Source of the DNA: Patescibacteria group bacterium
GTDB lineage: Bacteria > Patescibacteriota > Patescibacteriia > UBA9570
Assembly: GCA_024277435.1 (NCBI GenBank)
Contig: JAJRVJ010000025.1
Location: 1 to 60,383 of the forward strand
Direction of reading: 5' to 3'
Length of the DNA: 60,383 nucleotides
In this document: piece by piece, positions 1 to 9,904 of the stretch
Position numbering within the stretch: the first letter of the stretch is position 1
Layout of the letters: every line of letters starts with the position of its first letter
Made by a program: the position numbers and the translations under genes
Notes under the pieces: model-generated
The model's input: only the letters and a program-made list of their open reading frames with translations
What the model was told of the DNA's origin: nothing
The model's database searches: none

Positions 1-931
1 CCCTAACATCAATTGTCCCAGTCATCAACCTACCATCGTTTAACGTAGTTGTGCCATTTACGATAGCTTTGTCTCCTGACACCACAATGAATTGCCAATT
101 ATCAGCTTTCGCAACTGTAATATTATTAAATGTTTCACTAGCTGCCACATTAAATGTGGTGTTTGTATTACGATAAAATTCAACCGTACCGTTACCATGG
201 TTAAACGTACCACCAGCGGTGTGTGTCCAATCATCACCAACGCGCATGGTACCAGATGGAGCATTAAATGTGCCACCAGATAAGTTAAAATGCCGATTAA
301 TATCCAACGTACCACTAGAGCCAGTAAACGTACCATCTGCTTGTTGAAAACCACCGCTCCCTACAGTAATATTATTATTGGATCCCTGTGTGATAATACC
401 AGTATAGCCAGACTGAATATCAATACCACTAACACTAATAGCTTCATCTATGGTGATATTTTTGGTACTGGTGGCATTAAAGATTACCACGTCCCCGCTG
501 GTCGGTTTAGAATTAGTGGACCAATTAGCACCTTCACTCCAATTATTAGTGGAACCACCTCCATCCCAGGTAATGGTAGCTGCTAATGCTGATTCAACAC
601 GAAAATCAAGCATGAATAGCGTAATGTAGTTTACCGCTATGACACTCATAACAATGATGACAAACGATGATAATGAAAAAAGGCGCGCTCGCTTCTTATA
701 GTTCAAATGATCACCATATGAAGTTTTATACGTACCATCTTCTTTGCGCCAAGCAGCTCGCGTAAAACTAGTTTGCGGTGAAGTGAATAATAAATCGTAT
801 ACATGTACGAATGCTTCTGCAATCAATAAAAAAAACAAGCGCCCTACTATTGTAAAGCGATGAATTGATGGTTGTTCTTTAGCAAGATCGCACTCTAAAG
901 ATTTGTGTTTATCAACAAGCTTTTGCCACAT
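1..931 (-). CDS. Large surface/envelope beta-helix repeat protein, N-terminal part. The gene runs off the left edge and is absent from the ORF track because it has no stop inside the window.
   Basis: Hand translation of the minus strand in the frame of ATG 929-931 shows no stop in the stretches checked codon by codon (bases 2-121 and 479-1066). It reads MWQKLVDKHK..., then a hydrophobic segment LSSFVIIVMSVIAVNYITLFML, then ATITWDGGGSTNNWSEGANWSTNSKPTSGDVVIFNATST. Gly/Thr/Asn-rich repeats follow (GTFTGSSGTLDI, GGTFNAPSGTMRV, GGTFNHGNGTVEF), typical of parallel beta-helix adhesin-like proteins. An alternative start is ATG 647-649. Confidence 0.6.
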   Translation of the reverse strand, partial: MWQKLVDKHKSLECDLAKEQPSIHRFTIVGRLFFLLIAEAFVHVYDLLFTSPQTSFTRAAWRKEDGTYKTSYGDHLNYKKRARLFSLSSFVIIVMSVIAVNYITLFMLDFRVESALAATITWDGGGSTNNWSEGANWSTNSKPTSGDVVIFNATSTKNITIDEAISVSGIDIQSGYTGIITQGSNNNITVGSGGFQQADGTFTGSSGTLDINRHFNLSGGTFNAPSGTMRVGDDWTHTAGGTFNHGNGTVEFYRNTNTTFNVAASETFNNITVAKADNWQFIVVSGDKAIVNGTTTLNDGRLMTGTIDVR

Positions 932-1020
932 ATATTTAAATTTTTTATATAGCTTATTTAGCTTTACACTAAAAATACCAAAAAAATAATATTTTGCCAA
1001 AAATAATGATACAAAAACCT

Positions 1021-2088
1021 CTAGGCTACCAACTGCATTCCAGGTCGTTCTAGTACTACTGTTGGACTAACAGTATTCTCATCATCACCTTGTAATAATT
1101 TTGGTAACTCTTCTACCTTTCGAGCCCGGCGAGCCCGTAATACAGCTCGCATCCCTTTCGATGAGTATTCAGCTAACTTAGGATGACGCGCTATAAACTT
1201 AGCGCCAGTAAATAAATGCTGCGATGCTTTAAATAGTGAACTCGCTCTATCACCCTTAGCCAATACCCGGCACGTTGCTGCTGCACGTGATATAAGCTTT
1301 GGCGTTAATCGTGCGCCCTTATACACAATCTTACCGCCCTCTACCATTTCACCAGCGCCAGTGAAGTCTAATAACAAAATAACAGCACCCTCTGTGCCGT
1401 GTAAAAACCGAGACCAACCTTCAAGATCATCACCGCCGGCAGTTTTTCCAACTACTGCCTCTCCTAACATTTTAGCAGCACCGACTCCAAACGGAATAAA
1501 ATCACATGCAAACATTGCTGTTTTCCATAAGCGATCCTTTGATTCAGGATCATCTTCCATTGCCGCTTTACTTACTGTCTCTTTCAGATTTTCGTAAAAC
1601 TTTTGCTGATCTGCTGTGAGTTGATCTTTACCAACAGTTTCTACTGTAGCAAACAGATTGTTTGCTAATGATTCAGCTTTTGTAAAATCACCAGCCTCTA
1701 CAGCCGCAGCCGTTTCTTGAATCGAAGCTTCTAATGTTTGCTGCATTTCTGAAACAGCTTCTATAGCTTGCTTTTTTACTTTATCAGGAGAAACAACAAT
1801 GCCTTCAAGCGACTCATCTTCTGCAATACCTTCACTGCGTAATATCTCATTCAGCATCTCCGGCGTAATATTGTCTGCTAGATTTCGCAAAGCTTCCATG
1901 GCCTGCGCCATGCCATCACGAAAAGTTTCTGCAAAAGCACCGCTTTCTGCGGATTGTTCAAACCCTGCATTTACCTCCTCAACTGTTAGTGGACGGGCTT
2001 CAGCATGATCTTCACCCTCTACATGAAATGTATCATCACCTTTATTCTTTGCGGGTTGATTGTACATATCATGATTAAACATGTACAC
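1021..2088 (-). CDS. Hypothetical protein with an acidic N-terminal half and a Gly-rich hydrophobic C-terminal half
   Basis: 355-aa ORF with host-like composition. I recognised no family. The C-terminal segment FIPFGVGAAKMLGEAVVGKTAGG...LLLDFTGAGEMVEGG is glycine-rich. Confidence 0.55.
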   Translation of the reverse strand: MYMFNHDMYNQPAKNKGDDTFHVEGEDHAEARPLTVEEVNAGFEQSAESGAFAETFRDGMAQAMEALRNLADNITPEMLNEILRSEGIAEDESLEGIVVSPDKVKKQAIEAVSEMQQTLEASIQETAAAVEAGDFTKAESLANNLFATVETVGKDQLTADQQKFYENLKETVSKAAMEDDPESKDRLWKTAMFACDFIPFGVGAAKMLGEAVVGKTAGGDDLEGWSRFLHGTEGAVILLLDFTGAGEMVEGGKIVYKGARLTPKLISRAAATCRVLAKGDRASSLFKASQHLFTGAKFIARHPKLAEYSSKGMRAVLRARRARKVEELPKLLQGDDENTVSPTVVLERPGMQLVA

Positions 2089-2096
2089 AGTATAGC

Positions 2097-2129
2097 AAAA
2101 AAGAGGCGGTAAATCAACCCGCCTCTTTT
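2097..2129 (-). terminator. Rho-independent terminator downstream of rnj
   Basis: Stem gaggcgg (2103-2109) pairs with ccgcctc (2119-2125). It is flanked by an A-run on one side and a T-run on the other, so it could act in both directions. Confidence 0.6.
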
Positions 2130-2152
2130 CATTTTTCTCTATGAAGTGTCGC

Positions 2153-3991
2153 TTATACTTCTATCACAACTGGTAGAATCATTGGGCGACGTTGAGTTTT
2201 TTGAAACAAGAACTGTCCCATATCATCACGCAACTTATTCTTCAACCATTGTGGGTTGCTTGTTGTATTTTGAGATCCTTTATCAACAATCTTACGTACT
2301 TTTTCACGAGCATCTTCAATAAGATGTTTAGCATCTTTCATATACACAAATCCTCGAGAGATGATATCAGGACTACCAACTAATTTACCGGTCTGTTCAT
2401 GAATTGTGACAATGATCACAAACATTCCATCTTCACTTAGTGATTGACGATCGCGCAATACAACCTCTTGTACATCACCAACGCCTAATCCATCAACCAT
2501 CACGTAATCGGTTGGGATTTTTTCTTTGGTCAATTTACCTTCACCACCAGCAAATTGTACAATTTGCCCGTTTGTTACCACGTGTACCTTATCATCTTGC
2601 CAACCTAATTCCAACGCAATAGATTTAGAAGCCTCTAATAGAAAGCGGTTACCTTCTACAGGAATGATGTATTTTGGATTCAATAATCGGAATAATAACT
2701 TAAGATCTTCTGCCTTAGCATGTCCACCCGCATGCACATCCATCATTTGATAATGAATAACATGAGCACCTTCTTTTAAGAGAGTATCCTTCAAGCGCTG
2801 TACAGTGCGTTCATTACCTGGAATAACTGATGATGAAAAGATCACTGTATCGTCTTTATCAATACGGAAATTACGATGTTCGCGATTAGCAATACGCATT
2901 AATGCAGCTCGACTTTCACCTTGCGCGCCAGTACACATAATTGCTACTTTTTGTGGCGGCATCTTCAGCGCTTCACGTGCGGAAATAACAGTTTTTGGAT
3001 TCATCTTTAAGTATCCAAGTTTGTGTGCAATTTCAATGTTGCTACGCATACTATATCCTTCAATAACAATTTTACGACCATATTTCTCTGAGATCGAAAT
3101 AATTTGCTGTAAACGATTTAACAATGATGCGAATGTACCAACAATAATACGACCCGGCGCATCACGGAAGATAGAATCTAACGTGTTACCAATTTTACTT
3201 TCTGATAATTGATGACCAGGTTGTGCGGCATTAGTAGAATCGGATAGCAGAGCTAATACACCTTGTTGACCAATGCTGGCAATCTTATGGAAATCAGCTA
3301 CTTCATCCATCACTGGTTGTAAATCAAATTTGAAATCACCAGTGTGTACTAATGTTCCTTCTGGAGTATGAATAATAACACCAACTGAATCTGGAATATT
3401 ATGGTTTACACGAAAAAATTCTAACGTGAATACACCCATATTAATGGATTTATCAACATCAATCTCACGCAAATCGATTTGTCCTTTATCTGGAAAATCT
3501 TCCTGTCGCTTTTTAATAATTCCATTAGTAAGCTTCGTGCCGTAAATTGGAGGATGGTGAAGCACTGGTGAAAGATGTGGAATGCCACCAATATGATCAT
3601 AATGACCATGAGTAATCACAACACCTTTAACGTCCTTCTCACGCCCTTTGAGGTACGATACATTTGGAATAATATAATCAACACCCGGTTGATCTTCTTC
3701 TGGAAATTGCAATCCCATATCAATAAGAACAATGTCCTTACCGTATTCAATTAAGGTCATGTTACGGCCAACTTCTTCAGCGCCACCAACAATAGCTACG
3801 CGAAGCTTTCCACCTTTTCCATCAGGTTTCTTAGAGTAATTATTGCCGATCACCCTACGATGAGCGCTTGATTTTTTTGCCACAGTTCTCTGTAAGCGGC
3901 GTGGCTTCCGCTTGTAGTTTGTTCGTTTCGAACCTGCACTTGAAGATGAGCTTAAAGTAGAAGTTGAACGAGTAGTTTTACGTTCTGTCAT
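2153..3991 (-). CDS. rnj: Ribonuclease J (metallo-beta-lactamase/beta-CASP) with a basic, Ser-rich N-terminal extension
   Basis: 612 aa. It has the HxHxDH motif ITHGHYDHIGG, a beta-CASP region and an RNase J-type C-terminal domain. Confidence 0.9.
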   Translation of the reverse strand: MTERKTTRSTSTLSSSSSAGSKRTNYKRKPRRLQRTVAKKSSAHRRVIGNNYSKKPDGKGGKLRVAIVGGAEEVGRNMTLIEYGKDIVLIDMGLQFPEEDQPGVDYIIPNVSYLKGREKDVKGVVITHGHYDHIGGIPHLSPVLHHPPIYGTKLTNGIIKKRQEDFPDKGQIDLREIDVDKSINMGVFTLEFFRVNHNIPDSVGVIIHTPEGTLVHTGDFKFDLQPVMDEVADFHKIASIGQQGVLALLSDSTNAAQPGHQLSESKIGNTLDSIFRDAPGRIIVGTFASLLNRLQQIISISEKYGRKIVIEGYSMRSNIEIAHKLGYLKMNPKTVISAREALKMPPQKVAIMCTGAQGESRAALMRIANREHRNFRIDKDDTVIFSSSVIPGNERTVQRLKDTLLKEGAHVIHYQMMDVHAGGHAKAEDLKLLFRLLNPKYIIPVEGNRFLLEASKSIALELGWQDDKVHVVTNGQIVQFAGGEGKLTKEKIPTDYVMVDGLGVGDVQEVVLRDRQSLSEDGMFVIIVTIHEQTGKLVGSPDIISRGFVYMKDAKHLIEDAREKVRKIVDKGSQNTTSNPQWLKNKLRDDMGQFLFQKTQRRPMILPVVIEV

Positions 3992-4083
3992 AATCTGAAT
4001 ATAGAATTCTTCAATTCTGTTATAGCCTATTAAGTTAGATAGTTTAATTAATTATATTGTATAGCCATTCGGCCGATAATATC

Positions 4084-5859
4084 CTATTGAGTGTTTTCGT
4101 CTGTTTTCTTTACACGTTCTGTGTTTATATACCAACTCTCAATATCAGCATACCGGTCAGCTGGTGTAGTAATGTACTGAGAATCAGCTCCGCGCACATT
4201 CTCATGTAGTGCATACGTATAAAATGGATTGTATAAAAATATTGCTGGCAATTCTTCTGCTAAAATGTTCTGAAAGTGCAAATATTTTAATCGACGCTCT
4301 TCTTCATCACTTGTTTTACGAGCAGTTTCAAGTAAGTCATCAATGTTCTTTTGATAGAACACGGCCAGCGCTAAGCCAGGATGCTCCATCTGAGTTGAAT
4401 GCCAAAAAGCATATGGATCAGGATCTACCCCAACAATTTCTCCAAACAGCAGCGCTTCATACTCACGAGGTTTAATGATGTTTTCCTGAACGTCTGCTGG
4501 AGAATAGACATTTACACTAACCTTAATGCCCATTTTTGTCCACTGCTCTTTCAAAATCTCTAGCGTATTTAAGAATTCAGGTTGATCAATAGTAGCAATG
4601 CTAAATTCCAATATTTCATCATTACGTTTGCGGAATTCTTCACCTTCTTCAAGGATCCAACCACCCTCTTCAAGAATCTCAATTCCCTTTTGTATATCAA
4701 AGCCATACTTCTCTACCGCTTCATTATGTCCAATATATCCTTCAAGAATAGGCGTATAAATAACTTCACCTTCACCCTGCAATACATCCTGAACGATCCT
4801 ATCACGATCTACACCCCATACCAAGGCTTGGCGCACTTCATCTCGAGCTAATATATCAGAATGATCCTCATTAAAGAAGATAGCGGTATACTGAGGTAGC
4901 TGCAATCGATAATAGTTCAGCTGTTCATGATCTTCCTGCAATTCACTCTTTTGTTCTGGCGTAATGAATGCCAACCCATCAATTTGCTTTCGCCGTAAAC
5001 CTTCTTTCGCACTATACAAATCTGGATAAAATACGAAGGAGATTTTTTCAATGTATGACATATCTCCATAATACTGATCGAATGGCTGTAAATGATACGA
5101 TAATAAATTACCACTTGTGTCACGCACTAGCTCATCAAACATGTATGGACCAGACCCTACAGGCTTAATGTTATATTCTGACAATGTAATATTTTGTAAC
5201 GAGACTTTGTATGCATCAAACCAAATGTGTTCTGGCAAAATACCAAATGTAAGCGCAGACAAAAACGGTGCAAATGGCTCATCCAGCGTTAATGTAAATG
5301 TATAATCATCAATTTTCTGTGACTCAACACCTCGTAAACTTGGCTCTAACGGGCTTTGATAATTCGGATCTTGAATAGCCTCAACAGTAAATAATACATC
5401 ACTAGCTGTTAATGGCTCGCCATCATGCCAATAGGCATCACGACGTAAATAAAATGTATACGTTAACTGATCTTCAGAGATTTCATAATCGGTTACTAGA
5501 TCTGTTTCTAAACGCTGTCCTTTGTTACGTTTAAATAAACCTGAGAATACCAATCGTGAAATATCTAAATCTACATCATTCGTATGTGCCAAAATTGGAT
5601 TAATATATTCTGGATGCCCAACAACACCTTCAGAGTACTCTCCTCCATACGCCGGAATCAGTTCTGTAGTATCATAATAATGATAGAGAAGAATAAATAC
5701 ACTAGAAGCAACAAACACTAAACCAGCTACCGCAACAATAATGCGCTCTTTAAAGCTCAATAAATTATTGATGTAGCGCAGTTGCGCACGAGTAGGAATT
5801 TTCCGCTCGGACACACCCATCACTAATCGTGAAGAATCTTTAATTGTTTTTTTCGACAT
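4084..5859 (-). CDS. ABC-transporter family-5 (peptide/nickel type) solute-binding protein, membrane-anchored
   Basis: 591 aa. It has an N-terminal TM helix (IIVAVAGLVFVASSVFILLY) followed by SBP_bac_5-like sequence (WHDGEPLTASDVLFT). No permease gene is adjacent. Confidence 0.75.
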   Translation of the reverse strand: MSKKTIKDSSRLVMGVSERKIPTRAQLRYINNLLSFKERIIVAVAGLVFVASSVFILLYHYYDTTELIPAYGGEYSEGVVGHPEYINPILAHTNDVDLDISRLVFSGLFKRNKGQRLETDLVTDYEISEDQLTYTFYLRRDAYWHDGEPLTASDVLFTVEAIQDPNYQSPLEPSLRGVESQKIDDYTFTLTLDEPFAPFLSALTFGILPEHIWFDAYKVSLQNITLSEYNIKPVGSGPYMFDELVRDTSGNLLSYHLQPFDQYYGDMSYIEKISFVFYPDLYSAKEGLRRKQIDGLAFITPEQKSELQEDHEQLNYYRLQLPQYTAIFFNEDHSDILARDEVRQALVWGVDRDRIVQDVLQGEGEVIYTPILEGYIGHNEAVEKYGFDIQKGIEILEEGGWILEEGEEFRKRNDEILEFSIATIDQPEFLNTLEILKEQWTKMGIKVSVNVYSPADVQENIIKPREYEALLFGEIVGVDPDPYAFWHSTQMEHPGLALAVFYQKNIDDLLETARKTSDEEERRLKYLHFQNILAEELPAIFLYNPFYTYALHENVRGADSQYITTPADRYADIESWYINTERVKKTDENTQ

Positions 5860-5871
5860 AACTACCGTGTG

Positions 5872-6120
5872 CTATTGTAGAAAGAATGCGGCCATTCCTA
5901 GCCCTAAAAATAAAACGGAGAGTGTAATACAAGAGTAATAAATAAATTTTTCTGGTCCGCGACGTGTTGTATATACACTATCGCCACCACCAAACGCCGA
6001 TCCTAAACCAACGCCTTTTTGTTGCATTAAAACCGTTGTTACAAGCAATGCTGCAACGATAATCTGAATTACTGATAATAGAAGTTGTGTATCCATAAAC
6101 CGGGACCTATAGTATAACAT
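5872..6120 (-). CDS. secG: Preprotein translocase subunit SecG
   Basis: 82 aa with two TM helices and the SecG-like loop MQQKGVGLGSAFGGG. Confidence 0.8.
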   Translation of the reverse strand: MLYYRSRFMDTQLLLSVIQIIVAALLVTTVLMQQKGVGLGSAFGGGDSVYTTRRGPEKFIYYSCITLSVLFLGLGMAAFFLQ

Positions 6121-6210
6121 GAATGCCGTAATGTCAATATAACGTAAATTTTAGGCTAATATTAGTACCAAAACTGTACAGTTTCCAGAAAACCTCTACT
6201 ATATATAGTA

Positions 6211-6612
6211 ATGAAGAAGCTACTAAGCATACATGATCTACTAATAATACATGCTATTTTAGAGATCACATTTGGATTAATGATCATTTTTGCACCAGAA
6301 ACACTACTCATATTGGTTGGATCCACCCTTACCGAGCCAGAGGGAATTCTGTTCGCTCGCCTATTTGGAGTTGCGGCGATGTGTATTGGCTTAACTGGCT
6401 GGCTATTTCGTAATACCAATAGCGCTGAAGTAAAACACAAAATTGTAGGAATATTACAAATGTTTCAAATATTAATGACTGTTATGCTTGTAGTGAACCA
6501 GCTCTACGGCACGCGTAATTCTTGGGGATGGTTAATTGCTGCAATGCACGGAATCATTGCTATCGCATTTACCAGCCTATATTTTTTAGAACCCAACCAT
6601 CGTACTAAATAA
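6211..6612 (+). CDS. Small integral membrane protein (about 4 TM), function unknown
   Basis: 133-aa hydrophobic ORF. The overlapping antisense ORF 6162..6440 is rejected. Confidence 0.6.
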   Translation: MKKLLSIHDLLIIHAILEITFGLMIIFAPETLLILVGSTLTEPEGILFARLFGVAAMCIGLTGWLFRNTNSAEVKHKIVGILQMFQILMTVMLVVNQLYGTRNSWGWLIAAMHGIIAIAFTSLYFLEPNHRTK

Positions 6613-6823
6613 CTATCCCGCTAAATACAATTTGCATTATATATAACGGGATGCTGGTCGTTTCTTTGAAACAAATGACATGATGTATGGAAATGTACTT
6701 GTTATATTCTCCGTAAAAGAAGAAATTTTTGCTATTACCATAGAATCCTAAGCTATTACGCAAACCTACCGCACGCTATTTAACATGACCTGGCGAAGTG
6801 GGAAGAAAATATAGCACCCAATC

Positions 6824-7741
6824 TTATAGTGTATCCAGCACTTCTTGCATGGAAGCAAATCTACTCTCTTTATCGGGTTGCGTCATTTTCCGCAATACAG
6901 TTTGTAGCATCAGCTCGGCATTCGTATCGGCTTCAGGCATGAGATGATATTTTAAACTTTCCTTTTTGGCCACAGCTTTTGCGATCCTATCTTTATGGCG
7001 AGCAATAATTTTTCCATTCTCATCAACAATATACCGTTGGGTAATTTCTGGGCCATAGCGTAATAACGCCACTACCGCTCCCAATGAATAAATATCGGTA
7101 CGAATATCAAGCTCTTGCCCGGTAATATGCTCGTACGACATAAACTGCACCGTACCAATTACTGTATGCTCCGGCGTGCTCCATGAGCGATCTTGTTCAA
7201 GATGCTTGAGATCTTTAGCTGTACCCCAATCCACAATGCTGTAATACCCTTTATCGTCAACCATAAAATTACTTAACTTCAAATCACGATGAATCACATT
7301 GCGCTCATGTGCGTCATATAAAATGCTAGCAACTTGCTTCAACATCGCGATGGCCTCCTCGGTTGTTAAGCGATGTTTAGGATCTTGCTTACGCCGCTGT
7401 TCTAAATCAATTCCATTCATTTTACTCATCAGTAATACAAACTGTTCCTGACTTGATCCCGCTACTACTCGTTCGGAATGGATAAATTGTGGCACTCCAT
7501 ATATACCCCGTAGACGTGGTAAAATATGTAACTCGCGTAACATATTCATTTTTTCTTTAGCAATATCTGCCTCGGTACTCTCTTCTGGAAATACATGTGA
7601 TAACTTTGCTACAAGCTCTTGATGTGTAGCTTCATTCACCGCTTCAACCAGTGTACCCTGATTACTAGTACGGATAATCCTATCGGTCCACACAGATATT
7701 GGATCTCCAGATTCTAATGTAAGCGGAATATATGGCTGCAT
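6824..7741 (-). CDS. Ser/Thr protein kinase-like protein
   Basis: It has the catalytic loop HRDLKLSNFMV, a DFG-equivalent IVDWGTAK and an activation segment/APE region. There is no canonical Gly-rich loop. Confidence 0.75.
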   Translation of the reverse strand: MQPYIPLTLESGDPISVWTDRIIRTSNQGTLVEAVNEATHQELVAKLSHVFPEESTEADIAKEKMNMLRELHILPRLRGIYGVPQFIHSERVVAGSSQEQFVLLMSKMNGIDLEQRRKQDPKHRLTTEEAIAMLKQVASILYDAHERNVIHRDLKLSNFMVDDKGYYSIVDWGTAKDLKHLEQDRSWSTPEHTVIGTVQFMSYEHITGQELDIRTDIYSLGAVVALLRYGPEITQRYIVDENGKIIARHKDRIAKAVAKKESLKYHLMPEADTNAELMLQTVLRKMTQPDKESRFASMQEVLDTL

Positions 7742-7781
7742 ACTAGTTAGTATAATAAATTTATGATATTCTTTCTATCCT

Positions 7782-9884
7782 ATGCATGTACTACTCGCCA
7801 CCTTAAATCAAAAGCAACGCGAAGCGGTAGAGGCCACGGATGGTCCTGTTTTAATTTTGGCAGGCGCTGGTTCTGGAAAAACCAAAACATTAATTCACCG
7901 TATAGCCTATATTATTGCGCAAGGTAAAGCCAAACCATGGAATATTATGGCGGTAACCTTTACTAATAAAGCCGCGCAAGAAATGAAGGCGCGTTTAAAA
8001 AATCTATTAGGTGAACAACTTACGCATCCACCAGTAGTAGGAACGTTTCATTCATTTTGTGTACAAATTCTCCGCCGCGAAATTGAAGTGCTGGACTATG
8101 ATAAAAATTTTGTTATTTATGATAGCGCCGATACGGATCGCCTGGTAAAGAAAGTGATGAAAGATCAAGGTATTAATACTAAAACAGTAGCCCATGGCGC
8201 TATTAAAGCGTTAATTTCTAAAGCCAAGAACGAACTACAAGACCCCACCATGATGCTTGGTGAAGCTGGGGAATTTATGGAAAAAACTGCTGGCCAAGTA
8301 TATGTACAATACCAACGCGAACTCCAAGCCAGTAATGCCGTTGATTTTGATGACCTCATTATGTTAACAGTGCGTTTATTTAAAGAACATAATGAAGTAC
8401 TTCAAAAATATCAAAGTGCTTTCACCTATTTATTTGTAGATGAGTATCAGGATACAAATAATGCACAATATGAACTCATTCACCGGTTAGCTGAAAAAAA
8501 TAAAAACATTTGTGTAGTGGGAGATGATTTTCAATCAATCTACTCATGGCGCGGTGCCAACCTACAAAACATTTTAAATTTTGAAGATGATTATCCAAAA
8601 GCTAAAGTAATTTTACTTGAGCAAAACTATCGTTCTACACAAAGAATACTAGATGCCGCAAATGAAATTATTAAATACAATACACAACAGAAAGATAAAA
8701 AATTATGGACAGAAAATGAGCGTGGCCAAAAAATTACTATCATTGAAGTACTCAATGAACAACTTGAAGGCGAAGCGATTATTCGTGAAATATTCGACCC
8801 ACTCGCTGGCACTGGAGAACTTGTTTCATTAGAAAATGAAGATACCGGGGAAGAAAATGAGCTCGAATATATTGATGAAACTACTATAAACGAAGACGAA
8901 GCTCCATCTCTGTTAGATAAAATAATGGCTAGCCAAACCTTCACACAATATAAAAAAGATAAAGGCTTAGAACAAAAAATACGTGAACAAATTAGCACGA
9001 TAGATCTTGCCAAATACGTAATTCTCTATCGTACAAACGCTCAATCCCGTGCTCTGGAAGAAGCTTTTCTAAAATACAATGTTCCTTATCGTATCATCGG
9101 CGTAATTAAATTTTACGAACGCAAAGAAGTAAAAGATATTGTTGCTTATGCTCGCAGTCTAGTAAATCCAGTAGACTGGGTAAGTTTAGAACGCATTATT
9201 AATGTACCGGCTAGATCCATTGGCCCTACCAGTTGGGCAAAAATTGAAGCAGCTTGCCGAGAGCGTGAAGTTTCCTTTCTTGATATTGAAGAAAATGAAC
9301 TTCCCAAACTCCGCACCCAACAACATACCGCATTCATGACATTTCAAGATACAATGAAAAAACTCCATAAATCGATTGCAGATAAATCCCCTTCAGAAAT
9401 TCTTAGCTTGATTGTAAGTAAAACAAAGTACAAATCATTGTTCGATCCAAAATTACCAGAAGATCAACGACGGTTAGAAAATCTTGAAGAACTAAAATCA
9501 GTTACTAAGAAGTTTGATAATCTAAAAGGTGAAGAAGGATTAACCTCATTCTTAGAGGAAGTAAGTTTAATTTCAGATCAAGACAGCATTGATGAATCTG
9601 TAAGTGCTGTAAATCTTATGACTATGCATGCCGCTAAAGGCTTAGAGTTTGATTACGTATTTATTACAGGTATGGAAGAGGGTCTCTTCCCTCATTCGCG
9701 TAGCTTATTTCAAGCAGAAGAAATGGAAGAAGAACGACGTTTATGTTACGTAGCGCTTACTCGTGCCAAAAAAGGTGCTTACTTATTATATGCCAATCAA
9801 CGCACTGTATACGGCAATACCCAAATTAGTGCGCCCTCACGGTTTATTGAAGATATTCCTGAAGATCTTGTCGAACGACGGTAG
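7782..9884 (+). CDS. pcrA: ATP-dependent DNA helicase PcrA/UvrD (SF1)
   Basis: Walker A AGAGSGKT, motif II VDEYQDTN, QNYRST, and TMHAAKGLEF...LCYVALTRA. Confidence 0.9.
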   Translation: MHVLLATLNQKQREAVEATDGPVLILAGAGSGKTKTLIHRIAYIIAQGKAKPWNIMAVTFTNKAAQEMKARLKNLLGEQLTHPPVVGTFHSFCVQILRREIEVLDYDKNFVIYDSADTDRLVKKVMKDQGINTKTVAHGAIKALISKAKNELQDPTMMLGEAGEFMEKTAGQVYVQYQRELQASNAVDFDDLIMLTVRLFKEHNEVLQKYQSAFTYLFVDEYQDTNNAQYELIHRLAEKNKNICVVGDDFQSIYSWRGANLQNILNFEDDYPKAKVILLEQNYRSTQRILDAANEIIKYNTQQKDKKLWTENERGQKITIIEVLNEQLEGEAIIREIFDPLAGTGELVSLENEDTGEENELEYIDETTINEDEAPSLLDKIMASQTFTQYKKDKGLEQKIREQISTIDLAKYVILYRTNAQSRALEEAFLKYNVPYRIIGVIKFYERKEVKDIVAYARSLVNPVDWVSLERIINVPARSIGPTSWAKIEAACREREVSFLDIEENELPKLRTQQHTAFMTFQDTMKKLHKSIADKSPSEILSLIVSKTKYKSLFDPKLPEDQRRLENLEELKSVTKKFDNLKGEEGLTSFLEEVSLISDQDSIDESVSAVNLMTMHAAKGLEFDYVFITGMEEGLFPHSRSLFQAEEMEEERRLCYVALTRAKKGAYLLYANQRTVYGNTQISAPSRFIEDIPEDLVERR

Positions 9885-9904
9885 CTTATGTATACTAATG
9901 TTCT

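Noticed and set aside
58-586. Track ORFs 58..354(-), 92..283(+) and 290..586(+) at the left edge
   Set aside because: They are shadow ORFs. The real gene is the minus-strand frame that is open from base 2 to ATG 929-931. It has a TM segment and coherent beta-helix repeats. The listed ORFs translate to low-complexity sequence with no start context.
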